A DNA stretch of 45,564 bases. Source: a virus. Taxonomy: Duplodnaviria > Caudoviricetes. Made by a program: the position numbers and the translations under genes. Shown here piece by piece: positions 19,901-27,411 of the stretch. The stretch covers positions 1-45,564 of the IMG/VR virus record IMGVR_UViG_3300042196_000036. The stretch is one strand, 5' to 3'. The stretch's first letter is position 1. Each line of letters begins with the position of its first letter. The notes under the pieces are model-generated. The model had not been told where the DNA came from. It saw only the letters and a program-made list of their open reading frames with translations, and searched no databases.

Positions 19901-20108
19901 CGAGGCGTATGAGGTCGATGTCTACAGCAGCGCGGCATACACGACGCTCAAGCGCACGATCGCCGTGACAGCGCAGAACGCGAGCTACACGTCTAGCGAA
20001 CAAGTCGCAGATTTTGGAAGCAACCAAGCGACCCTGCACCTGAAAATCTACCAGCTCAGTGCGCAGGTCGGACGCGGCTACCCGCTCACAACATCTATCA
20101 CGAGGTAA
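16893..20108 (+). CDS. Central tail tip / host-specificity protein
   Basis: YG-IPRIYG, SATFAVG-C-GPI, PAYRG-AY, LP-EV-V-Y-D, LEP-DV, LRGR-GTE. Confidence 0.9.
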   Translation: MASAGQGVGGVIGAVIGFFLGGPQGAIVGAQIGMTIGGMIDPPKGPTIHGPRLSDLRVQTATYGANIPRIYGTVATFGNVFWVENNQLKESVKKKKSGGKGGGGGSTIKTYSYSATFAVGLCKGPIAGVRRIWVGSKLIYDAGASDIESIIASNRAATGFAIYTGTTTQEPDPRMQAAIGAANCPAYRGLAYIVLYDYPLADHGNSLLGAQVKVEVVQSVTPLGYQLKLRQVLTGWPQKYHPKSVYSADEGIAKIYGYDPFAGTTTVDGVTIGNDEALLSVLASGAYVAQEPVPIDATRTRFFSSGSASHRVGTVGGVDIWVQEYWTGTAIGTAGRNIIPLGEITNKHTVDAAGTEGSLESLVPSENGKYIKGMAVSKDGQRILLITGASGPDAYFYFDEDLNIVDSGTVTGSVSTLGVCEIEEFNSHTSLEPDYVHGWSVEYGAGGGSSVDFTQFTVESGVMTVSSALTATSFASSPNSMAVASNDGICYAIVRTTTNVEILVVSRDEVSFTGTTLLSSIVSSECLQSNVLQSGDLDVTALTQQVRGYRVTQTGAIRGALEPLQAAWPFDVVQSGYELKFVPRGGSSVATIPATDLDARQDSDAPGVQLTIAHEMDTQLPREVRVKYLDVTREYDDGDQPATRQNTDSIHIRDVELPIVLNAAEAAGMAEVLLYLYWLERRDVQFKLPPSYRALEPADVITITGEWGEYSLRITGVHLLSDGRLECSAKYNSPAIYTPTAVGVEGQSTGQVIALDGPSLYVLLDVPLMRDEDDMPGFPAAMSGYTSGWPGGIIFQSPDDGQTWEDVQGFTGPVPIGYARDTIGAGRTDIIDTANTLQADMVSGELESVAQLAMFAGANHFAYGAHGRWEIIGAANCVLQGDGSYILSDFLRGRFGTEQYMTTHASGDQLVLLTDGDMGFVAVQSSSIGSERSYRGITAGRTIDDDADRAFTYAGVNLECLSPVYPNGNRHPSTNDWTLTWIRRGRVSPSWRNLVDVPLGETIEAYEVDVYSSAAYTTLKRTIAVTAQNASYTSSEQVADFGSNQATLHLKIYQLSAQVGRGYPLTTSITR

Positions 20109-20111
20109 CGC

Positions 20112-20771
20112 ATGGCCGACTCTACGACCAATCTAGACCACATCACATCCAGTCAGCCGTTGAAGGAGGTAACGGCCAATGCCTTCTTTGACTCCGCCAG
20201 CCGAGCGGCCGATTTCGGGCGGCGCGCCTCGACCAGCTCCGGACTGACGTGGGGCTACCACGGCACGCCGCGATGGTACGTCAATGCCACGGCAACCGCG
20301 AAGGCAAACACGACGCTCACCCTCACGGCATCTAGTACGCGCTATGTCTCATCCGACCGCGCGCTCGCCGTCACCGAGTCCGCAACGGCATTCCCCGCCG
20401 ACAAACTGGCGCTTTACAAGATCGTCACCGGCACCGCGACCGTCACGAGCTACGAGGATCACCGCGACCTGCATCACAGGATGCGGTTCCTATACGGACG
20501 ATTCACGCTCGCAATGGCGGACGCGAACCAGACGCTCACGTATGAGCAAGCGATGTGCGAATCGATGGAACTGACCGGGGCGCTGACCGCGCTGCGGGAT
20601 GTGACCGTGCCGCTGGTGCCTCGGTCCTGGACGGTGTTCGCGAACGTGACGGGCGGGTTCGGGGTTCGGGTCATCGGTGCGAGCGGGACCGGCATCACAG
20701 TTGCAGATGGGAAACGGGCAATCGTGGAATGCGATGGCGTGAATGTTGTCCGGCTCACTGCCGACGTTTGA
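20112..20771 (+). CDS. Putative tail fibre/adaptor protein
   Basis: Q-KEVTANA-FD start; Thr-rich; follows the tail tip. Confidence 0.65.
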   Translation: MADSTTNLDHITSSQPLKEVTANAFFDSASRAADFGRRASTSSGLTWGYHGTPRWYVNATATAKANTTLTLTASSTRYVSSDRALAVTESATAFPADKLALYKIVTGTATVTSYEDHRDLHHRMRFLYGRFTLAMADANQTLTYEQAMCESMELTGALTALRDVTVPLVPRSWTVFANVTGGFGVRVIGASGTGITVADGKRAIVECDGVNVVRLTADV

Positions 20772-20781
20772 CGGGCGCGAA

Positions 20782-21033
20782 ATGACCGATCACGCAACCG
20801 TGGCGCAGCACGGCGCCGACCTTGCCGTTCGCATCACATCCGTGTCGACCTACGCATCAGCGACCGGAACGATGTATTGCGGGCTGACGCTCAACGAGAT
20901 CGGCGTGCTGTTCGGCATCCTCGCGACCGTGATTACGCTGGCGGCAAACCTGATTTTTCAGCGCAAGCGCGACCGCAGGGAAGAAGAACTACACCGGCGG
21001 AAGATGCATGGCGCGACGGGGGATGAATCGTGA
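20782..21033 (+). CDS. Holin
   Basis: One clear TM (IGVLFGILATVITLAANLIF) with a basic tail; start of the lysis cassette. Confidence 0.75.
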   Translation: MTDHATVAQHGADLAVRITSVSTYASATGTMYCGLTLNEIGVLFGILATVITLAANLIFQRKRDRREEELHRRKMHGATGDES

Positions 21034-21383
21034 GCGCTTACAACTGCCTTGGCGACGCGCTCGACCGATGGCATACCCGGCATGGCTACATCGTGTTCCG
21101 CTGCTCGGAACATGCGTGGAGCGAGGCGCAGCCGCGATGGGTGCTGCCGCATGCGATGCACATCGACACCGCCGGGCGCCTGACAAGCTACGTGCCGCAC
21201 GGAGATTTGCCCCATCCGCTGCATGCACTGTTCCCAGGGTTCGAGGGCAAAGTGCTCGACCATGACCCTGCGCCTGCGGCGCCGATGCCGCTGCGCGGGA
21301 TCCTGATCGGCTCGTGGCTCCTAGCGCTAGGCGCGACGTGCTGGGCGGTGTCGGTGCTGTGGCGACGGTGGAAGGCCAAATGA
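21030..21383 (+). CDS. Hypothetical protein with a C-terminal TM anchor
   Basis: Overlapping start/stop with holin and endolysin. Confidence 0.6.
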   Translation: MSAYNCLGDALDRWHTRHGYIVFRCSEHAWSEAQPRWVLPHAMHIDTAGRLTSYVPHGDLPHPLHALFPGFEGKVLDHDPAPAAPMPLRGILIGSWLLALGATCWAVSVLWRRWKAK

Positions 21384-21886
21384 TCAACCCGCGTGTTGCC
21401 GTAGCCGCGCTCACGCTGTCGGCATCGGCTTTCGTCGGAATCGTCTTGAGCGAGGGCTACACCGAGACGGCGATCATCCCGACCAAAAACGATCGCCCGA
21501 CCGTGGGGCACGGCAGCACGTTCCACGCGGATGGAGCCCCGGTCAAGATGGGCGACAAGACGACGCCGACGCGCGCGCTGGTCACGGCTCGCGCGCACAT
21601 TTCGAAGGAAGAGGCGATCTTTCAGCGGTCCTTGCCGGGGGCATCGCTGCACCAGGCCGAGTATGACCTCTACATGGACTGGGTCTATCAGTACGGCACC
21701 GGGCGATGGTCGGGCTCGAGCATGCGCCGGCACATCCTCGCGGGTGACTACCGGGCCGCTTGCGATGCGCTGCTGCTCTACAAGCTCTCAGGCGGCTACG
21801 ACTGCACGACACCTGGCAACAAGGTTTGCGCGGGCGTCTGGACGCGGCAACTCGAGCGGCACGCGAAGTGCATGAAGGCGCAATGA
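21380..21886 (+). CDS. Endolysin, GH24 lysozyme with a SAR-like N-terminus
   Basis: Ala-rich N-terminal segment, EG...PT-G-GST, YQYG-G, C-GVW-R. Confidence 0.88.
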   Translation: MINPRVAVAALTLSASAFVGIVLSEGYTETAIIPTKNDRPTVGHGSTFHADGAPVKMGDKTTPTRALVTARAHISKEEAIFQRSLPGASLHQAEYDLYMDWVYQYGTGRWSGSSMRRHILAGDYRAACDALLLYKLSGGYDCTTPGNKVCAGVWTRQLERHAKCMKAQ

Positions 21887-22015
21887 TGGATCGCAATGGC
21901 TGTGCGGTGCGGAAGACAAGCCACCATGATCAACGAGGGGCACCCGGCATTCCTGTAACCAGGTGGATCGGGTAAATCCAGTCAGGAGCCCCTCACCCAA
22001 CAAGGAGCACGGAAT

Positions 22016-22417
22016 GTGGGATCAGTATCGATCGGATTGGGAATCGCTGTGCTGGTGGCCGGCCTATCTGCTTGGACTGGCTACGGCCACGGCATCGATG
22101 TGGAGCGCGGCCGTGCTGCCATTGCCCTGCAAGCGGCCATCGTCGTCACTCATCAATCTGCACATCAAGACGCTGAGGCTGAATCCGCGCGCCGGCTTGA
22201 GGCAGCCCTACGAAATGCAGGGCAGGCCGCTGCATCTCGTGCCGCAAAGCTCCGAGGCCAGCTAAATGCCGCGCGCGCCAACGCTCGCCCTGATTGCCGC
22301 TGGCCTGATGACCGGGTGCGCGACATCGCCGCAAGCATTGCCGCCGCAAACGCCGGTGCCGATGCAGCGGCCGACGGAATGCCTCACCCCGTGTCCGCTG
22401 CTGCCGAGCATCACTAA
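22016..22417 (+). CDS. i-spanin (Rz-like)
   Basis: N-terminal TM then Ala-rich coiled coil; SD AAGGAG 8 nt before GTG. Confidence 0.75.
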   Translation: MGSVSIGLGIAVLVAGLSAWTGYGHGIDVERGRAAIALQAAIVVTHQSAHQDAEAESARRLEAALRNAGQAAASRAAKLRGQLNAARANARPDCRWPDDRVRDIAASIAAANAGADAAADGMPHPVSAAAEHH

Positions 22418-22523
22418 TGGCGACGAGATCGCCGTCGTGATCTGGCTGCACGATCTGATCGAGACTGCCGGTCAATGCCGACGGATGCATGATATGTGCA
22501 GGGGCGACCGGATCAGGCGTTGA
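22266..22523 (+). CDS. o-spanin (Rz1-like) lipoprotein, overlapping the i-spanin in another frame
   Basis: Lipobox LMTG-C, Pro-rich, C-terminal C-x-x-x-H. Confidence 0.8.
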   Translation: MPRAPTLALIAAGLMTGCATSPQALPPQTPVPMQRPTECLTPCPLLPSITNGDEIAVVIWLHDLIETAGQCRRMHDMCRGDRIRR

Positions 22524-22935
22524 CCGGATCAGGAGCTCCGTCGATCCGATCCCGCACCCATCCAGCCCCGCCGAGCTGCGCCACCTTCTCCCGCTGTGCT
22601 GGCGTCATCCGGATGGACATGGTGACGGTATCTTCACCGACCTTCACCGGCTTGCGGCCCTGTCCTCGTCCTAGCCCGCCGAGTTTCGGCCTGTCCGCCT
22701 TGTCAATTGGGCTGCCATGGTGCGTGTTGTAAAGAGGCTGCTCCTCTTTGATCGCCGTTTTCTCCGCTTCAAGGGCGCCTTTCAGTGATTCGAACTTCTG
22801 AACTTCCATTCTTTCTATGAGGGCCGACCACCTCGATGCATATCGATGCTTCTTGAGCCTCTTGTCGGGGTTGTCTGAAACGCCGACATAAAGCAGCCTT
22901 CCGTCTTTATCGTAGTGCCTGTACAGATTGCTCAT
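22513..22935 (-). CDS. GIY-YIG nuclease fused to a C-terminal ribbon-helix-helix-like domain
   Basis: LYR...LLYVG...R-KKH...AE-AI-P-YN; C-terminal GRGQGRKP...SIRMTPAQREK...WVR. Confidence 0.8.
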   Translation of the reverse strand: MSNLYRHYDKDGRLLYVGVSDNPDKRLKKHRYASRWSALIERMEVQKFESLKGALEAEKTAIKEEQPLYNTHHGSPIDKADRPKLGGLGRGQGRKPVKVGEDTVTMSIRMTPAQREKVAQLGGAGWVRDRIDGAPDPVNA

Positions 22936-23153
22936 GCCAGAAGTCTCCCAGCCTTTAACTTGAACAGCTCCCACAGCCCCGGGTGCATGCGCGCTTTCCC
23001 TGCTTCCCAATCCTGCCAGGTCCTCATCGTCGAGTAGATCAGCGCTGCGGCTGCGGTCTGCGAGAGTCCGGCCGCGGATCGGGCTGCGCGGATCTGCTCA
23101 GGCGGAGGGTTCGCCGCAGGGCCTTTCGGCCCTCGGTTCGGGTGGTTACTCAC
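22932..23153 (-). CDS. XRE-family helix-turn-helix regulator
   Basis: IRAAR-AAGLSQ-AAA-LI...RTWQDWEAG. Confidence 0.85.
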   Translation of the reverse strand: MSNHPNRGPKGPAANPPPEQIRAARSAAGLSQTAAAALIYSTMRTWQDWEAGKARMHPGLWELFKLKAGRLLA

Positions 23154-23397
23154 CGGCGACCCACTGCGCATTACGCTTCTCGGCTGCCGGCTGCTCGATG
23201 GCATCATATGCTGCGCGGGCGCGATCCAAGAACGCTTGACGCTCTGCAGACACCGGCCCAAGAAGACCGACTCGAGCCGGAGCGCCCTTCATTGCCTCTT
23301 CGTATGCGGCCTCCGCTTTTTCGACCGCGGCGCGGTACTCGTCTTGAGCTTCTTGCGGGACGCTCCCACCATCGCCGAGGAAAAATTCGTTGTTCAT
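23146..23397 (-). CDS. Hypothetical 83-aa helical protein
   Basis: SD GGAG; first gene after the moron promoter. Confidence 0.65.
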   Translation of the reverse strand: MNNEFFLGDGGSVPQEAQDEYRAAVEKAEAAYEEAMKGAPARVGLLGPVSAERQAFLDRARAAYDAIEQPAAEKRNAQWVAGE

Positions 23398-23453
23398 TTT
23401 CTGCTCCAGCCCCTGTTCCCGAGGCGCGGTGTCTGCTGTGTGCTGACAGTTCT

Positions 23454-23481
23454 AATATAGCACGGAATCCGTGCGACGCAA
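23454..23481 (-). promoter_or_regulatory. Sigma70-like promoter with a palindromic operator in the spacer
   Basis: Minus strand TTGCGT-N16-TATATT; palindrome GCACGGA-A-TCCGTGC at 23460-23474. Confidence 0.7.
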
Positions 23482-23560
23482 GGACTATTTGTAGTGCGGA
23501 AACATCAGTCCATCTTGTCCGCAAGGTTGCCAATGCTCACCCGTATGTCATGCAGGAAAC

Positions 23561-23736
23561 CGGTTACAAACGAGAGCCGCAAACCCATCAAACACGCTGG
23601 TTTTAGACTGGTTTTTTTGGAACGGATCGAGGCATAAATATTTGATTGCGAATAGTTTATTCCCTGATTCGTAATCAGGTGATGCTCTAGCAATGGCGCG
23701 GCTTTCGGGGGTAGTGGTTACAAATCGGTTCCAAAC
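23561..23736. other. Putative attP
   Basis: Core CCTGA-TTCGTAA-TCAGG 23663-23679; arm-like GGTTMCAAA at 23562, 23716, 23727 and a degenerate inverted copy near 23616-23624; IHF consensus AATCAAATATTTA (minus) 23635-23647; downstream of int. Confidence 0.75.
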
Positions 23737-23738
23737 TC

Positions 23739-23814
23739 GCCGCTTTAGCTCAGTTGGTAGAGCAGCCGCTTCGTAAGCGGCAGGTCGCCCGTTCGAGTCG
23801 GGCAAGCGGCACCA
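23739..23814 (+). tRNA. tRNA-Thr (anticodon CGT)
   Basis: 76-nt cloverleaf: GCCGCTT/AAGCGGC acceptor, GCTC/GAGC D-stem, GCCGC-TTCGTAA-GCGGC anticodon arm, GCCCG-TTCGAGT-CGGGC T-arm, ACCA end. Confidence 0.96.
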
Positions 23815-24069
23815 TCAGCGCGCCGGCTTTGCCGTCAAAAAAACGGTATTCCTAGCTTCATATTGCCAAAAATCGCCCTTGCCGTTCGTTAGCTCGTGCC
23901 ACACGCCCGGATTCATCCGGCCGGTCCTGCGCACAGTCCGCACGAACATTCCATCCCGTTGCGGGTTGATCCTGCCTGCCCAAACGCCGCGCATCATTTC
24001 TCCGAATCGCGGCGCCCGAGTATCACCCCGTTCGCCGGGGCATTCGTCCCCAAAAAGTTCGTCATCCAT
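23815..24069 (-). CDS. Hypothetical 84-aa protein
   Basis: SD AAGGGG just after the int stop. Confidence 0.6.
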   Translation of the reverse strand: MDDELFGDECPGERGDTRAPRFGEMMRGVWAGRINPQRDGMFVRTVRRTGRMNPGVWHELTNGKGDFWQYEARNTVFLTAKPAR

Positions 24070-24079
24070 CAACATCCCC

Positions 24080-25063
24080 TTATCGAACCGGTTTAGCCGT
24101 CTTCCCGCGCCGTCTGCGGTAGATTCCCGCGGTCGTCGTCTCGCTCGCGTGCCCGAGCAATTCCTGTGCGTCGCGGACGTTGCCGATGTCCGTCGCGGCT
24201 TTCGGGCGCAGGTCTCGGAACTGCCACGTCTCGCCGCTGGCGATGCGAGCAGCATCGAACCGGTCGCGCATCATCGTCTGCGACATCGGTTGTCCGGTGT
24301 CGGTCTGCACGAGATACCGGCCGACGGCAGCCCGGGGGCGCTTGATCATTCGGTCGATGACCGCCGCCAGCTCGCCGGTGATCTGGATGCCGACTTTCGC
24401 GCCGGTCTTTCCCTGGGCGACGAGCAGATGACCGTCGACGATGTGATCCCGCGTCATCTTGCGCACGTCTGCGGGACGCTGGCCGGTGAGGCGGGCGAGG
24501 TCCAGGGCGTCCTGCAGCTCCGGGCAGGCAACGTCCCACAGGGCCTGATACTGGTCGTCCGTCACATAGATGTCGCGCCCGGCTTCTCGGTTCTTGCGGA
24601 CCCCTGCGCACGGGTTCGTCGCGCCGGTGATGCCGCGCTCGCGAGCCCAGTTGAACACCAGCGATAGCGTCGCAATCTCGCGATTGCCGGAGACCTTCGC
24701 GGTGCGCTTGTCCAGGTACTCGCGGATGTGCTGCGGCTCGATCTGGCTGAGCGATGCCATGGCAAACGCCGCGTCGAGCCGGTCGAGCGCCGCTTCATAT
24801 TCGTGCTGCGTCTTCGGGGATTTCCCTGCCAGCCCTTCGCGCCGGTAGCGGGCCGAGACCGACAGCCAAGCATCAGCCTGCGAGATCGTGCCGCGCTTCT
24901 CGAGTTCGGCCCACTTGATCTTTGCCGCGCTCAGGTCCGAGCCGAGCGGGATCGCCCCACCGGTGCGGGTGCGGTAGTAGTAGTGCGTCACGCCGGACTT
25001 CATGACGCGCCGGCTCATGCGCGGCGGCAGGTCGCGATTCTTCGAGGTTTTCGGACGGCCCAT
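24080..25063 (-). CDS. int: Tyrosine integrase
   Basis: LTGQRP-D, Q-KTG, FRDLRPKA, LLGH, terminal catalytic Y; N-terminal LPPRM...YYY arm-binding region. Confidence 0.95.
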   Translation of the reverse strand: MGRPKTSKNRDLPPRMSRRVMKSGVTHYYYRTRTGGAIPLGSDLSAAKIKWAELEKRGTISQADAWLSVSARYRREGLAGKSPKTQHEYEAALDRLDAAFAMASLSQIEPQHIREYLDKRTAKVSGNREIATLSLVFNWARERGITGATNPCAGVRKNREAGRDIYVTDDQYQALWDVACPELQDALDLARLTGQRPADVRKMTRDHIVDGHLLVAQGKTGAKVGIQITGELAAVIDRMIKRPRAAVGRYLVQTDTGQPMSQTMMRDRFDAARIASGETWQFRDLRPKAATDIGNVRDAQELLGHASETTTAGIYRRRRGKTAKPVR

Positions 25064-25064
25064 C

Positions 25065-25259
25065 TCACGCGACCTTGCCAAGCTGGAACCCTCCATCGTT
25101 ATCGCGTTTCGCCGTTCCGTCAATCGCAGATCTCGGGACTACCGGTCTCCCGGTAGCCGCGATCCAATGCCGGATGCCGTTTCGCGTGAGCCATCGAATC
25201 TGAGCACGCGCGACCTTGTACCCGGTCAAATCGCGCATCTCGTCAGGCGTCAGGAACAC
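25065..25259 (-). CDS. Excisionase-like DUF4224 protein
   Basis: FLT-DE-RDLTGY....Q-RWL-NGI......GRPVV; directly upstream of int. Confidence 0.85.
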   Translation of the reverse strand: MFLTPDEMRDLTGYKVARAQIRWLTRNGIRHWIAATGRPVVPRSAIDGTAKRDNDGGFQLGKVA

Positions 25260-25426
25260 GACGCATCCATTCCAACCGCGTCCCGCACGAGATCGAGCTG
25301 CGTGCGGAGATCGACGATCTCGTAGATCTGGTCGCGGTAAATGGCTGTGTGCCTTTCGAGCGCCTCGCGCAGTCGCGTGGTCTCAGCCTCGAGCCGGCGC
25401 ATCTTGTTGGCTTCCTGTTTGGTCAT
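25250..25426 (-). CDS. Hypothetical coiled-coil protein
   Basis: Translationally coupled in the PL operon. Confidence 0.55.
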   Translation of the reverse strand: MTKQEANKMRRLEAETTRLREALERHTAIYRDQIYEIVDLRTQLDLVRDAVGMDASCS

Positions 25427-25719
25427 GCCTTCGCCCACCGCGCCTTTTGCCCCGCGCTCCGGCGGGCAAACGCTATCGCCTTCCGCTCCGCGACCGCCTG
25501 CGGGTCTTTGCAGCCTCTGTACTGCGCGCACCAGATGGTCAGGCCGTCGTAATAGCACTGGACCACGCAGTCCTTCGCAGGCCTCGGCTTGCTGCAGCAG
25601 ACGGGGTAAATCAGCTGCTCGGGCTCGTAGCCCATCTGCATCGGCGCGGCACTGTGCGTGTCCGTCCAGCCTGTCGCGGGCTGCATCTCGGTCGTGTAAA
25701 TGTGGACTTCTGTGGTCAT
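25423..25719 (-). CDS. Hypothetical Cys-rich protein
   Basis: ATGA coupling. Confidence 0.55.
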   Translation of the reverse strand: MTTEVHIYTTEMQPATGWTDTHSAAPMQMGYEPEQLIYPVCCSKPRPAKDCVVQCYYDGLTIWCAQYRGCKDPQAVAERKAIAFARRSAGQKARWAKA

Positions 25720-25928
25720 GTTGGCGCGAGGCTTTTCTGCCACGCCTCGAAAGCCCGCCACGTCTTGCGCGACGGGGTATTGATCGGACTGATCGCCGAC
25801 GCGGACCGATAGAACGTCGGCCCGAAATAGCTGTGCATCTCGCACCAGACCCGCGAACCGAAAGGCGCCAGCGACACGAGCGCGCTCGGAACGCACATCA
25901 CGCCTCCGGGTATCCGAATGCAGGTCAT
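25716..25928 (-). CDS. Hypothetical protein
   Basis: ATGA coupling. Confidence 0.6.
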   Translation of the reverse strand: MTCIRIPGGVMCVPSALVSLAPFGSRVWCEMHSYFGPTFYRSASAISPINTPSRKTWRAFEAWQKSLAPT

Positions 25929-26218
25929 TCTTCTATTTCTCCCGTCGGGCCTGCGCTGCGGTGAGCGCGCAAGGATTCGATCTCTGCGTCCTTCTCCGCC
26001 AGCGAATCCCGCTGCGCCGCGAGATAGGCGCGGAGATTGTTGTTCTCGCTCACGAGCATCCGCACACGATCCGGCAGATCCCCGGCAGCCCGCATTGCGC
26101 CGTCCATCGCGCCCCGGATACTGGTGAGTTGCGCGGACATTGCCCGGTTCGCGCTGGAGAGCAGGCCGAGGTCTCCGGGCGGGGTCTTGTAATCGCACAT
26201 CATTGGCTGATCATCCAT
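25925..26218 (-). CDS. Hypothetical coiled-coil protein
   Basis: Position in the operon. Confidence 0.5.
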   Translation of the reverse strand: MDDQPMMCDYKTPPGDLGLLSSANRAMSAQLTSIRGAMDGAMRAAGDLPDRVRMLVSENNNLRAYLAAQRDSLAEKDAEIESLRAHRSAGPTGEIEE

Positions 26219-26226
26219 AAATCTGC

Positions 26227-26493
26227 TCAAAAGTCCCGCGTGGCTTCGATCAGCGGGTCGCAAACCCGGGCGACGAGATCGTCCTCGCCGCGCAGCGCGT
26301 AAAGCTCTTGCAGCCCGCCGCGCATCCGAATGACGAGGCCGCGCATATAGTCGATCTCGTCGGCCAGTCGGTCGCGTTCCATTTCCTCGTCTGACGGGGC
26401 TTTTGAACTCGCCGTTCGAGCGGACGATTCGCAGTCGCAGTTGATGCACGGCAGTTCCTGCCTCCGTCCGGCGTTCCCGCATGCGTGGCTCAT
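26227..26493 (-). CDS. Hypothetical protein with an N-terminal Cys cluster
   Basis: ATGA coupling. Confidence 0.55.
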   Translation of the reverse strand: MSHACGNAGRRQELPCINCDCESSARTASSKAPSDEEMERDRLADEIDYMRGLVIRMRGGLQELYALRGEDDLVARVCDPLIEATRDF

Positions 26494-26855
26494 CGCCGCT
26501 CACCTCCGTCGCTGATCCTCCATACCCTCTGTCCGTCCACCGTTACGGATGCCAGGATTCCCCGACTCCGCAGCGACGCGAGATCGCGGTAGGTCCGGTC
26601 AAGCACGCCGCCGAACTGGGCCGCAATCTGCGCCGTGGTCCGCTGCCCTTTCTCGCGCACATACCCGAGCACGGCATCCCGGCGGGCCGCCTGCGCTGCA
26701 CGGCGTTCATCGATATCGGCGATCCGGGCGTCGGACAATTTGAAGCCGATCTCATTCGACCGCAGTTCGTATGCGTACTGCCGGCGGGCAAACCCAAACA
26801 TGCTCGACCACGGCTCGGGGATTTTCGGCACTTCGTGTTGGCTGGCTTGCATCAT
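26490..26855 (-). CDS. Winged-helix DNA-binding protein
   Basis: VL-YV...TTAQIAAQFG....TYRDL-SL--RG. Confidence 0.65.
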   Translation of the reverse strand: MMQASQHEVPKIPEPWSSMFGFARRQYAYELRSNEIGFKLSDARIADIDERRAAQAARRDAVLGYVREKGQRTTAQIAAQFGGVLDRTYRDLASLRSRGILASVTVDGQRVWRISDGGERR

Positions 26856-27190
26856 GACGCGGCCTCCCATTGCCGCGGCGCCTTGCCCGGCAGGCAGCGC
26901 ACGGTTCCGGCCGACTCGAGCAGGCGAAGATCGTTCGTGACGTTCTCTGCGGATATGCCGAACACGTCGGCGAGTTGCGACACGAGCAGCGGGCCGTTCG
27001 CGCGCAGGTAGTCCGCCTCGGCCGCCATGCGCCGATCTCGGGTTGCTCGTCTGTGAGTGGGACTGCCGTTGGTTTTGCACAGTCCATACAGGCTATGCGG
27101 GAGGGCCGGTAAAGAGGTGCCGTCCCGGCTCGGCGGCGTGACGAGTCCGAGCATCAACGCCCACGGGGTCGGATGGTCTGCGGATTTCAT
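26852..27190 (-). CDS. DeoR-like winged-helix protein
   Basis: YLRANGP-LVSQLADVFGIS-ENV-NDL-LLE-AG. Confidence 0.65.
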   Translation of the reverse strand: MKSADHPTPWALMLGLVTPPSRDGTSLPALPHSLYGLCKTNGSPTHRRATRDRRMAAEADYLRANGPLLVSQLADVFGISAENVTNDLRLLESAGTVRCLPGKAPRQWEAAS

Positions 27191-27411
27191 GCGACCTCCC
27201 GTCCAACCCATTGCGCGAAGGACGGCAGGTAGAGGTTTCGTCGCTTGCCGCCCTGCTCATACAGCACGCCCGGCTCGTTCGGCTTCGTCGTAGAGAGTCC
27301 GTTCCACCGTTTCGGCCGGTGCTCGTCACCGATGGCGATTACAGTCCGGCGCGTCTTGCCGGCGCCTCGGTTCGTGTAGGTCTTGCCTGCCTGGATGTCG
27401 TTCGGGCTCAT
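27187..27411 (-). CDS. Hypothetical protein
   Basis: ATGA coupling; SD GGAGG. Confidence 0.65.
   Translation of the reverse strand: MSPNDIQAGKTYTNRGAGKTRRTVIAIGDEHRPKRWNGLSTTKPNEPGVLYEQGGKRRNLYLPSFAQWVGREVA

Noticed and set aside
21963-22265. ORF starting MWDQYR at ATG 22014, sharing the spanin SD
   Set aside because: The GTG 22016 frame has the TM plus coiled-coil spanin architecture; the ATG frame has no supporting features, though competing initiation is not excluded.
23739-23814. Suppressor tRNA or alternative genetic code
   Set aside because: Anticodon CGT with Thr-type acceptor identity; core genes are intact under the standard code.
19756-25612. Extra GGGTAAATC 9-mers (~19756, ~25604) as more copies of the shared lysis/PL motif
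   Set aside because: Both lie within coding sequence and lack the rest of the 30-nt motif.
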